Positions 9,118-20,397 are shown, counted from the stretch's first letter. The stretch is 28,071 bases of DNA from Octopus sinensis (GCF_006345805.1 NW_021827595.1:1-28071); one strand, 5' to 3'. Translations and numbers: made by a program. The notes: generated by a model not told the origin, from the letters alone.

Positions 9118-9199
9118 GGTATATGTTTGGCTGAAGAAGGTAAGCAAATAGGGTGAGAGACATATCTTGCAAAACCTGAACCTGCAGGTACACATTACA
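9118..9199 (+). ncRNA. Type I hammerhead ribozyme copy 3 (GAAA reads GAA, further 1-nt deletions)
   Basis: CUGAAGAAGGUAAGC...ACCUGAACCUGCAGGUACAC: one A missing from GAAA and one C missing from stem I. Confidence 0.78.
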
Positions 9200-9406
9200 T
9201 TTTCCGGGTGTTTCATCTTTCAGATGTTCTCCCTGGAGGTAAGACGTTTTTTTCTCTATTTTGTTGCACACACGCATTTTTTTACTAACATACCGGTGAA
9301 GCTACACTTTAGCGTCGTATTTTAACGTTCGCTATTTCCAGTAAATATCGGTACTTTGTTGTCCATAATTATTTACTAATTTGTATATTATATATATATA
9401 TATATA

Positions 9407-9770
9407 TCTATATAAACGGCAGTTTGTCTGTGCGTTTTCTGTGTGTCTGTTTCTCGTACCCTCACTCTGACCACGGCTTTCAACCGATTCTGATGAAACT
9501 GACACACACATAGCCAATGTCATAATTCAAAACTAACGCAGCGAAAATTTTGAAAAGTCCCCCAGTTCTGAAAAAATCGATAAATTGACATGGGGCCGAG
9601 AATCAGAAACCCAAACCACAGACCGTCTAGGGGACGCAACTCCACCTTTTTCAACTCTCAAAAAAATTTACCATCATTTTTTTTCATTTTTTTGCTATTT
9701 TTGGCTATAACTCTCTAAAATGCTTTATAGTTTTTCCCTTACACCTGAGCAACGCGGGCGATACTGCTAG
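9407..9770 (+). mobile_element. Non-autonomous Helitron
   Basis: Starts A|TCTATATAAA and ends CTAG|T; subterminal hairpin CCTG-AGCAACG-CGGG (9744-9758) lies 8 nt before the CTAG; A/T insertion site and no TSD, as established for Helitrons. Confidence 0.8.
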
Positions 9771-9866
9771 TATATATATATATATTATATATATATATAA
9801 TATATAGATTTATTATATATATATACATATATTGTAATATATATATAGATATATATATATATATAA

Positions 9867-9906
<40 letters not shown>

Positions 9907-9917
9907 TATTATATATA

Positions 9918-10617
<700 letters not shown>

Positions 10618-10620
10618 CAT

Positions 10621-10786
10621 ACAATTGGCCAATTCTAAGTGATTGGCTTTCGGTGAAGAGGGAGTTCGACACTGCTGCCCTCTTTTGTCTTGATATTGGG
10701 TCATCTGGAATCTTGAACAGCAAGAGTTCAAGTTCTCTCTTGAAAACAACATCGACCGCCACTCCATGGATATTTTGACAAGGCGT
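10621..10786 (-). mobile_element. LINE ORF2 3'-end fragment (CR1/L2-group-like)
   Basis: Minus-strand translation [48 protein letters not shown] resembles the 'FKxxLDxxLxxIPDxP...RAAxSNSL' LINE terminus (recalled). Confidence 0.65.
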
Positions 10787-10839
10787 TATATATATATATA
10801 CATATACTATATTATACTATATTATACTATACTATATGT

Positions 10840-10917
<78 letters not shown>

Positions 10918-10984
10918 AGTGTGTGTATAATGAAATAATATACTTACATATTTTCTGTGTTATTTGTTGTTCTTCTTTTTGTTG

Positions 10985-11033
10985 CTAATTTTCTTTTATT
11001 TATTTGTTTCTCTGTTTATGTATTTTGGCACAG
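10985..11033 (+). promoter_or_regulatory. 3' splice site of the engrailed intron (branch-point-like CTAAT, polypyrimidine tract, CAG)
   Basis: CTAAT at 10985-10989, T-rich tract, CAG at 11031-11033; the phase-1 junction falls at the conserved SS-G|PR position of engrailed genes. Confidence 0.8.
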
Positions 11034-11347
11034 GACCCCGTTCTCGGAAGATGAAGAAACGAGATCGCGTAGCAGACGAGAAGAGACCTCGGACGTCTTT
11101 TACAAGTGACCAACTTCAACGTCTGAAAGATGAGTTCGACAATTGTCGCTACCTCACCGAGGAACGGCGTAAGAAGCTGTCACGTGACCTCAGTCTTAGT
11201 GAAGCGCAAATCAAAATTTGGTTTCAGAACAAAAGAGCAAAAATCAAGAAGACTTCTGGAATGAAGAACAGACTCGCATTGCATCTGATGGCCCAGGGTC
11301 TCTACAACCATTCCAGCTTGTCGATCAAAGAAGAATCATATTCTTAA
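11034..11347 (+). CDS. en: Engrailed homeobox protein, last coding exon (EH3, homeodomain 11078-11257, EH5)
   Basis: (G)PRSRKMKK (EH3); [58 protein letters not shown] (engrailed-class homeodomain); [16 protein letters not shown] (EH5); TAA at 11345-11347. The N-terminal part of ORF 10964.. is intron polypyrimidine tract. Confidence 0.97.
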
Positions 11348-11364
11348 CTCACATTCCAACACCA

Positions 11365-11421
11365 TTCTTTCTCTCTCTCCCTCTCTCTCTCTCTCCCTCC
11401 CTCTTTCAGTGTTTTCATTCT

Positions 11422-11473
<52 letters not shown>

Positions 11474-11560
11474 TTCCTTCTTTCAGTGTTGCTCATTCTC
11501 AATCTCTCTCTTTTTCTCTCTCTCTCTCAATTTCTCTCTCTTTCTCTTTCTCTCTTACTT
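11365..11560. repeat. (CT)n-rich microsatellite at the start of the engrailed 3' UTR, with an internal duplicated CTTTCAGTGTT.TCATTCTCAATCTCTC
   Basis: Directly visible. Confidence 0.9.
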
Positions 11561-12102
11561 TCTCGACGAAACCTTGAAAATTAACAAAACTCTGTTTGGA
11601 AATCGGGGACCTGTGTATTCGAGCGGATTGTATATGTGAATATCTGTGCGTGTATGTGCGTATGTGTTTGTGTGTGTGTTTGCGTATGTGTGTGTATGTA
11701 TATACATACGAATATGCATAAATGTATGTGTGTGTATGTATATATATATATATATATATAGATGTATCATGTGTATGTTTGTGTGTGTGCATTCATACGT
11801 AAGTGTTGCTGTTACTGATGTTAATATTTTAAAGTCACCTGACGAAATATACGAATTTAATTAAACGAAATTCCAGTCAACAAATCTAACTGTACCTATA
11901 CCTAATTCTTATTTTATCGAATTAGGGAGCATATTTTGCTAAAATTTACAAACTTCAATGCTATTGTCCCTATATTAACCACGATATACCTCGGAGGGAT
12001 AAATCCATTTTCAAGATTTCTGGCTTAAATAACCGGTAGTTCTTTAAATCAGTTCCCTTTTATGACAGTTAGACAAGCATTTAGAGTTAATAGAGACAAT
12101 GT

Positions 12103-12161
<59 letters not shown>

Positions 12162-12368
12162 GTGACGAGCTGGCAGAATCGTTAGCACGTCCCAGGCGAA
12201 ATGCTTATCAGCATTTGGTCTGTCTTTACGTTCAAATTCCGACGAGGTCGACTTTGCCTTTCATTCTTTTGGGGTCGATTAATTAAGTACCAGTTGCGTA
12301 CTAGGGTCGATCTAATTGACTTGCCCTCTCCCAAAAACTTTCGGGCCTTGTGCCTAGAGCAGAAAAGA
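12162..12368 (+). mobile_element. SINE family B
   Basis: GACGAGCTGGCAGAATCGTTAGCACG...GTTCAAATTCC GACGAGGTCGACTTTGCC; preceded by (TTA)n. Confidence 0.9.
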
Positions 12369-13049
12369 TTATTATTATTATCATTATTATAAACCCCTGT
12401 CAAACATTGAGGAGCTATTTTTATCGATTACATCCATTCTTCAAAAATGGGTAGGCATCTTAAGCTTTAAAGAAGGTGGTCACATGCCGGACGACATGTT
12501 TTGTAGTATTTATTTATTTATGAACCTTTATTTCTGAGTTCGAATCCCACCGAAATTGACTTCGAATCTAATCATTTTGGGAGAGATTAAAATAAATCAC
12601 CGATCATGTATCGATTACATTGCTTCTCTAAGTTTGTGGTTTCAGGTCAGTGTTATTGATTACATTATTATACTAGTCAACATGAAACACATCTGTGTGG
12701 TCATTCGACCTGGTAGAAATAGCAGCCAAATCTCCCTCAAATCCTGTCGTCTTTTAGAATGAGAAAAGTAATTGGATGTCTTAGGTGCACTATGTTTAAA
12801 AATGACAGAATGGTCATGTGTGGAGCGCCTTATATTGTAGGTCCACTCGACCTGTGCTGAACCGATCCTAAAGTGCCGTGTCACGTCTCTGTGAAAGAAG
12901 AACAGGATTTTGGGCCTCGTCCCAACTAAATTATTTTGTACTCATATGGCATAGATAGAGCGCATCCCACCGGTTGAGGGAGACGTCTGCTTAATACACT
13001 GAAAAGGTTCTGTTATTACACAGTTGATCCATTACTGCCTCGTGTATTC

Positions 13050-13790
13050 CCTATTTTCAAGATTGTAGAAGTTTAGTCGTTGCATTGATGTCAAATGCGA
13101 CCCGGGTTTTCAAAGCAATGGGAATTTTCATTAGAGAACACGACTGTAATTTTGTTGACAACTGACTCCCATTCTATTCTTAAGAAGTAAGGGTGTGACT
13201 GAAAAAACTCAGCTACTACCTTGTTGAAAAATGTGACCCTTATTTTCAAGACAGTAGGGCTTTTCATAAAAGAAACTTGTTTCTTACTTTTTGTTCGACG
13301 TGACTCCTATTTTCAAGACAGCAGGGATTCTGACTAGAGAAACTTGGGTATTGCCTTGTTAATTAACGTAGCCCCTACTTTCAAGACAGTAGGGGGCTTT
13401 TATAAGGGAAACTTAACTGTTAAATTGCTGACTAACATGACTTTATTTTCAAAATTATAGGGATCGGAACTTGGCTTTTATTTTGTTGACTAACGTGGCT
13501 TCTGCTTTCAAGACACTTGGAATTTCCATAAAGGAAACTTGGCTCATACCTTGTTGACAAAAGCAGCCCCTATTTTCATGTTAGAGTTTCAATATCGAGA
13601 AACCTAGCTGTTACATTATTAACAAATATGATGCTATTTTCAATACAAGAGGGATTTTGAATTTGGAAAATTGATTGTTACATTGTCGACTAATTTGAAG
13701 AAAACTTGACCGATATCTTGTTGACAAACGAGGCCGCTGCTTTCAAGGCAAGAGGTCTTGATTAGGGAATCTTAGTTGTAATATTCAGTA
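13050..13790. repeat. Old, diverged ~66-68-bp tandem repeat (about 11 units)
   Basis: (T/C)TTTCAA-like anchors at about 13054, 13107, 13177, 13243, 13310, 13378, 13446, 13505, 13573, 13637 and 13740; approximate consensus CTATTTTCAAGACAGTAGGGATTTTCATWAGAGAAACTTGGCTGTTACCTTGTTGACAAACGTGACCC. Confidence 0.8.
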
Positions 13791-14208
13791 GGTGAAATTA
13801 TGTAGATGTTCCCTCATTACTTTGTCTGTCTGTCAACCTATTTGTCTTGTGTTTGTTTGTCTGTCTGTCTGTCTGTTATATGTGTGTGTGTGACAGAGTT
13901 CTGTATGCCTGTATGTGTGTGTTGAGTGCAATGTAGATACACGAGCGACGTCTTCTATTTAACGTGTGCGTCTTACTGACAATATATCAAAGATCGTATA
14001 ATAAATACATTTAATTAAGCAGCAAGTGTAGTTAATTGATAACTGCATATTAAGGACAAATTATAAAAGTGACAATGCTGACTGATTGTTTTTTTTTTTT
14101 AATACGAACCTCACCATTTTGAATTAAAATCTCACTAATATCAAGTTTGCCTTTCATTTCTCCAAAATTGATCAAATAAAAATATCAGTAATTTACTGGT
14201 TTCAACTC

Positions 14209-14320
14209 AAACATTGGTCCTGTGCCACAGAAACATTGGCCTCTGTGCCTCACAAACATTGGCCCCTGTGCCTCAGAATCATTGAGGCAAGAATAATATA
14301 CAACCCCTGTGCCTCAGAAG
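14209..14320. repeat. 23-bp minisatellite, about 3.5 copies (AAACATTGGCCCCTGTGCCTCAG)
   Basis: Units at 14209, 14231 and 14254, partial units at 14277 and about 14304. Confidence 0.85.
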
Positions 14321-14649
14321 ATATATGCAAGAAAACAACGATATATAATTGCTGTAAATTTTGTTTTCTGTTTGTTTGTTTTTTTATTTAATCTTGTTTT
14401 GTACATCCATATTTTTTCTCGTTTATTTTGTACATCCATACTTTCCCCTATTTGTTTTGTACATCGATATTTTCCCTCGTTATATAAAATATTTGTACAT
14501 CCAAACTGTTTCCATGAATGTCAAATGTTGATGTTGCAACAAACTGCCTTTAAAAGAGTCCAGTCTTTGTTCTTTCACTTCAACAAGCAACCAGGAACCG
14601 AAGAAGAGAAACGTCTGTATCTCTGCAACACCTCTAAGTGTCACTACTG

Positions 14650-14900
14650 AATTTTGCAGAGGCAAATAATGGAACCGATGCACCGGCCTTTTCTACAGCT
14701 ACTCCAATGATCTCTGTTACTCGAAGCTGGTTTCTTCAGACCATCTTCTCTTAGGCACCCCCGATTTATTTATCTGATCCTCTCATCACAAACATCTTTT
14801 CATCTTTCCCAGCTCACTGCGCTTAGCCATATGTATTTTCTTCTTTTGTCCATCTTTTGCCCCTTTTTTTTTTTAGCCCTGCGGCCATCATCTAACGAAT
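14650..14900 (-). mobile_element. Possible highly decayed LINE (RTE-like) ORF2 3' end
   Basis: Minus-strand GVPKRRWSEET and, in another frame, SNRDHW resemble the 'GRPxxRW...AxDRxxW' LINE terminus; weak. Confidence 0.35.
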
Positions 14901-15288
14901 GCGTAAGAGGAACATTAACCGCGTTCATTGCACCATCAGTCTCCGTGAGACAGAGAATTCTATAGACACAGGTTCTTCTTCCAACGATCGTGAAGGCTAC
15001 GAGCACAGCTCTTTCTCCAGTAATAGTGCGTGACCTAGGCACAATCTTTCTTCCAGCAACTGTGAGGGCCCTTAGTGCAGTCCTTTAAGCAGATTAAACC
15101 ACATAAAGTAAATACTTCAAATCCTTGTTATTTAAATTAGGAATACTATCTCAATCATAGTGAAATAAAAATGAAACGGAACCAATGCATGGAGCAGTGA
15201 AGGACCAGGACATGGACTTTGTGTCCGGATCTGCTTCAAGTTTAGGCGTTTCATTGTATCGCTGTTGAGAGAAGTTATGCTCTCTGTC

Positions 15289-15685
<397 letters not shown>

Positions 15686-15898
15686 GGTTTCAAATTTAGC
15701 CACAAGGGCAGCAATTTGGGGGGAGAGGATGAGTTGATTACATTGACCCCAGTGTTTAACTGGTACTTATTTTATCGACCCCCCCCCCAAAAGGATGAAA
15801 GGTAAAGTCGACATCGGCGGACATAGAACGTAGTGATAGGTGAAAGGCCGCTAAGCATTTCGTCCGGTGCGCTAACGATTCAGCCAGCTCACCACCTT
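15686..15898 (-). mobile_element. SINE family B
   Basis: Homologous to the other family B copies. Confidence 0.88.
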
Positions 15899-15914
15899 AA
15901 ACAATAATAATAAT

Positions 15915-16898
15915 ACTCTGCTGTGGAAAGGCTTGGTTAAGGTAGTCTCTTACTGTGAACGCTTAATGTGGAGGTACTCCATCTTGCTGAAAGAACAGTT
16001 CATCAAAGTTAGCTTTGGTTCTGAGCTGTGGTACTACCACCTCACGAAGCATTTCCAAGTAATTCCCTCCATTTCCAGTTCTATCAACGAAAACGGGTCC
16101 GATAACACCTTCGCTTGAGAGTGCACCCTAAACTGTAACGCTAGGCTGGTTCAGTTGAGATTCTGTGGTCAAATGGAGATTTTCCTCAGCCCAATACCCA
16201 GAGTTACGCATGTTTACTGACCGGATGCTTTGAAGCAAACATCATCTGGCCAGATGATCTTATCCAGGTAGTCTGGTTGCTCATTAGCAATTTGGTCTCG
16301 CATCAATTCGCAGGATTGCAGCCGGCGATCTGGGTCGCCCTCCAAAACACCATGTACCAGTCGTGCACGGAAATGTCTTAATTTCAGCTTATGCATTAGG
16401 CGTTGCAATGGTGTTCTTGGTATGGATAGTTCTAGAGAAGCACGTCGTATGGACTTCTTTGGACAGTTCACAAATGCCATACACTGACATCTCATTTCTT
16501 TCAGTCACAGAAGTCTTAGAGCGTCCAGATTTTGGTGCTTTACTCACTGAACCTGTGCTATCAAATTTATTTCTTATCCAATAAATTGTCTGGCGTGAAG
16601 GTGGAGGAGAATGAAAGGCTTCTTGCCATGCTGTGCGCATCCTATTCGCCATTTGCAGACTTCCGATACTGCTTTAGTATCCACTTTCTTTGCTCTTGAT
16701 TTAAGTTGTTTGCCATGGCTCACACTTTACAGTAGCCACAAAAGAGAAAATTACAAATTGAAAAGAGAGTTTGACAAAATTAACTAAATTAGCAGAGAAT
16801 AATAGTTTCATATTTTTTATAATTAAGATCTAAACTGTTGATATATGAATGAGAAAGAGGGAGTTGAATAACTGTAAACCTACTTTTGAGTCACCCTG
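15915..16898 (-). mobile_element. Decayed mariner-like DNA transposon (transposase pseudogene, ATG at 16716, 3' truncated)
   Basis: TIR TA|CAGGGTGACTCAAAAGTAGG at 16898. The frameshifted ORF reads MANNLNQEQRKWILKQY..., SRQTIYWIRNKFDSTGSV..APKSGR (HTH), SIRRASLELSIP, IIWPDD (first catalytic D motif) and FFQQDGVPPH* (second D motif). The third D and the 3' TIR are absent. Confidence 0.9.
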
Positions 16899-16947
16899 TA
16901 TATGCACACACACACACACACACACATATGAATGTATATATACATTT

Positions 16948-17108
16948 AGGGAGAATTCACAAAAAAAGACAAAAGACGAATACAGGTGGTGTAAACAACA
17001 AACAGATGTATTAGTATAACACTCGGGAATTTTTTAAGTCTTTAACGTTTCGAGCCTACGCTCCTCCACAGAAAGAAACAAGGAAAGAAAAAGTGTGTGT
17101 TGTGGCTA
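16948..17108 (-). mobile_element. Penelope pLTR-type repeat with a minimal HHR motif (17039-17076, core CUGUGGA)
   Basis: Homologous to 2507-2772; minus strand UCUUU CUGUGGA G GAGC GUAG GCUC GAAA CG UU AAAGA. Confidence 0.62.
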
Positions 17109-17114
17109 CCTATC

Positions 17115-17181
<67 letters not shown>

Positions 17182-17186
<5 letters not shown>

Positions 17187-17389
17187 GGGAGCTTTATGAA
17201 AATAAACAAAAGACGAAGGCAGGTGGAATACAAACAAACAATTGTATTAGTATGGCGCTCAGGAATATAAATAAAACAAGTCTTTTACGTTTCGAGCCTA
17301 CGCTCTTCGACAGAAAGATACACAGAAAAGAAACACGGAAAGAAACAAGGAGAGAAAAAAATGCGTGCAGAAGCTAGCGAATCAACAAT
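17182..17389 (-). mobile_element. Penelope pLTR-type repeat with a minimal HHR motif (17281-17318, core CUGUCGA)
   Basis: Closely similar to 2507-2710; minus strand UCUUU CUGUCGA A GAGC GUAG GCUC GAAA CG UA AAAGA. Confidence 0.68.
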
Positions 17390-17985
17390 ATATATATATA
17401 TATATACCTATTTATATCTATATATGAATGTATGTATATAGATGTGTGTGAGTGTGCACGGGCGGGCGGGCTTTTGGGCGTGTACGTATGTACATATCTG
17501 TGTAAAATCGGCGTTTCGAGCGAAAATTACTTCTTAGTAAAGAGATGGACATCAACCTAACAAAGCACTTGACATAATCATAGTCCAATGACTGACAACA
17601 GCAACTTTATATACTTATACAAGCAAACACACACACACACACACACAAAGTGAGCGCTACCAGACCCTGATCGAGCCTTCATTAAGCATACACTCTCGCT
17701 AGGGTACCTCGCTCCGTCTCATTATTACTTTTCCTGTCATTATTATGTCTCATCATTAGCGACTTGCAATAGTTTCTTTCCGTTTATTAGTTCCGGATGC
17801 CATGTTTTCACTGTCAACACCCCGATTACGAACATAGCTGTTGTTAAGGGCCTTTTATTAAGGGGCTTCAATCATCGGGACCTCGTCTCTTCCCTCATTT
17901 CATGGCGACCTCACACAGTCACATCTACATAAATACATACATACATGCATTCATAATTACATATAGATGTATATGTATACGCATG

Positions 17986-18016
<31 letters not shown>

Positions 18017-18029
18017 GTATGTGTGTGTG

Positions 18030-18103
<74 letters not shown>

Positions 18104-18291
18104 ACATATGTATATATGTATGTATGTATGTACGTGTGTGTGTATAATTATATATGCATGACTACACTCAACCCAAAATCTCACTCGGCCACACCTATCC
18201 TACATAAATACATACATACATACATACATACATACATACGTATGTATGTATGTGTGTATGTATGTTTGTATGTATGAAGATATGTATATAT

Positions 18292-18495
18292 GTGTGTGTT
18301 TGTCCCTACACCATCGTTTGACAGCAGACGTCAGTGTGTTTACGACCTCGCAATTTAGAGGTTCGGCAAAAGAGACCAATAGAATAAGTACCAGTCTTAC
18401 AAATGAATATGTCCAGGGGACGATTTCTTCGACTAAAAGGCGGTGCTCCAGCATGGCCACAATCAAAATGACTGAAACAAGTAAAAGAATAAAAA
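18292..18495 (+). mobile_element. SINE family C, 3' half
   Basis: GGTTCGGCAAAAGAGACC.ATAGAATAAGTAC...GGCGGTGCTCCAGCATGGCC...GACTGAAACAAGTAAAAGAATAAAA. Confidence 0.9.
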
Positions 18496-19034
18496 ATTAG
18501 ACGCTCGAGTAGTTTAGTACCTGGGTTTGAACATTCGTACGCAAATACATATTCCACGATACTCAGTATCTCACAAAATGCCCAGAGAGGCACCTCCAAC
18601 TCTACAGACCCCACCAATCCTCCATAGACAGCAACAACAACAACAACAACAGTGGAGTGTGTCAAATTTTTCCATCTTCTCATTTTCTTTGAAGTTCTTC
18701 TATAAAATGTATGATTTTTCTTCAATTATTTCGCTAATTCCTGAAAACATTCCAGATCTGTCTTCAGCTCCTGTTAACAAGGTTGCCAGTTTGGAAACAA
18801 ATAAATGGCCATATTTTTGAAATGGAATTACAAGAAAGAAGGAAAGAATATAAAGAAAGAGTGGAGAAGAGAAGGAAGAGGAAACGGGTTTGGGTGAGAT
18901 GGGGGAGTAGAGAGAAGAGGAGTAGTATTTTACAACAGCAACAACAACAACAAACAGCATCACGTGATTACTCTCGGTAAATTAATATCAAACGTATGTA
19001 CAAATTGCCACACACGCACACAGCGGTGTTATAT

Positions 19035-19082
<48 letters not shown>

Positions 19083-19190
19083 ATTATTATATTATATTAA
19101 TTATTATTATTATTATTATTAATTTTATTATATATCAGACGCACACACAGACATGCATATATATATTATAATACATATATACATACATAT

Positions 19191-19350
19191 GCGTAGACAT
19201 GGCTGAATGGTAAGAAGTGTGTTTCCCAACCACATGACTCCGGGTTCAGTCTCACGGCGAGGCAGCTTTGCAGATGTCTTCTACTATTGATCCAACCTGA
19301 CTAAAGATATGCGATTGGATTTGGGAGACGGAAACTAAAAGAATCCCGTC
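19191..19350 (+). mobile_element. SINE family C, 5' half (diverged)
   Basis: ATGGCTGAATGGTAAGAAG...CCAACCACATGACTCCGGGTTCAGTC...CTTCTACTAT...GACGGAAACT. Confidence 0.8.
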
Positions 19351-19591
19351 TCATGTATGTGTGTAAGCGTGTGTGTATGTGTGTGTGTGTATGTGCGTGT
19401 GTGTGTATGTGCGTGTTATGTGTGTGTGTGTGCGTGTTTGTGTGTGTACATATACATGTATATATACAAAGTATGGCTGTTTAGGCTTTGAATTTTTTTC
19501 AATAATATCATATACGACTTGAGATGTTTGCCTTGCCTTAATGTTTGTTTTTCTCTTTTCTTATATATATATTATATATATATATATATAT

Positions 19592-19634
<43 letters not shown>

Positions 19635-19664
19635 GTATATCTTTGAGTTTGTATGTATGTTTGT

Positions 19665-19814
19665 ACGGCGGGCTTCTTTCAGTTTCCATCTACCAATTTC
19701 TCTCACCAGGCTTTGGTAGGTCAGGGGATACCCTATAAGACACGAGCTCAAGATGCCACGCAGTGGGACTGAACCTGGATCCAAGTGGTTGGGAAGCAAA
19801 TACAGCCACCCCCG
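19665..19814 (-). mobile_element. SINE family C, 5' half
   Basis: Reverse complement of the family C head (GGGTGGCTGTA TTTGCTTCCCAACCAC.TGGATCCAGGTTCAGTCCCACTGCGTGGCATCTTGAG). Confidence 0.82.
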
Positions 19815-20347
19815 TCCTCTCTGGTCGAGTAGTTTACTTCTAAGGCACGAGGTCCCACGTTCCATCTTATGGCGTGGGATCTTGAACAAATAACATTTTC
19901 TCTAGCTTTTAGTTGACTCAAACTCAGCGATGGCGATAGGATTAAACGGAAAACTGTAGGGAAGCCCGTCGGATGAATTGTACCAAGAACTCAAGGGTTT
20001 ACCTTTGTCACACACTACGTCACAATCATGATTTTACCAGAGAATTACCTAAGGGAACACGTATCAGTGGAATCATCAGCTATTTAGAAAGTAATTCAGG
20101 AGGAGGTAATGCAGTTGATAGACAAAAAAAAAAACAGAAACCTCGTCGTCGAAAGACGGAGATCCATCTTAACTTTTGCACTCATGTTTAAATTCGGAGA
20201 ATCAATACTAATGCGACACGACACTCTTTATGCATAATAAATAAAACAATTTCATACACACACGCACATTAATTTAATTATTATATTTTATGTAATATGT
20301 TCATTGGAATATGATTGGTTTTCGTAAACTTCCGATTAAGATTATGA

Positions 20348-20397
<50 letters not shown>

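Larger units (their letters stand above)
8062..9385. mobile_element. Putative non-LTR retrozyme: ~430-bp tandem repeat with one hammerhead per unit; 1.4 units (8062-8660, HHR on the minus strand) joined to 1.7 inverted units (8661-9385, HHR on the plus strand)
   Basis: Period 430 on the left (ATATCAGTA at 8062 and 8492) and 431 on the right (CTGAAGA at 8700 and 9131). The right block is the reverse complement of the left. No conserved ORF; flanked by (TA)n on both sides. Confidence 0.85.

Noticed and set aside
8130-9277. Short ORFs repeated within the 430-bp units (e.g. 8240..8434, 8130..8390, 9083..9277)
   Set aside because: They recur only because the DNA is repeated; frames differ between copies and no protein family is recognisable.
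8062-9385. CRISPR-like or plain satellite interpretation of the tandem array
   Set aside because: There are no unique spacers and the context is eukaryotic; the ribozyme core and nested helices fit a retrozyme better than a plain satellite.
10964-11033. N-terminal 'transmembrane-like' [11 protein letters not shown] segment of the engrailed ORF
   Set aside because: It is the intron polypyrimidine tract read in frame; the real exon starts after the CAG at 11033.
13050-13790. CRISPR array or coding repeat
   Set aside because: Units diverge uniformly rather than as repeat plus spacer, lengths are not a constant multiple of 3, and there is no open frame.
17505-17545. Minus-strand GCUCGAAACG resembling the pLTR hammerhead right half
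   Set aside because: The left core is broken (CUAAGA), there is no stem II partner, no UH site and no stem I.
18527-18820. ORF with MPREAPPTLQTPPILHRQQQQQQQQ
   Set aside because: The poly-Q comes from a (CAA)n microsatellite; there is no recognisable domain or splice context.
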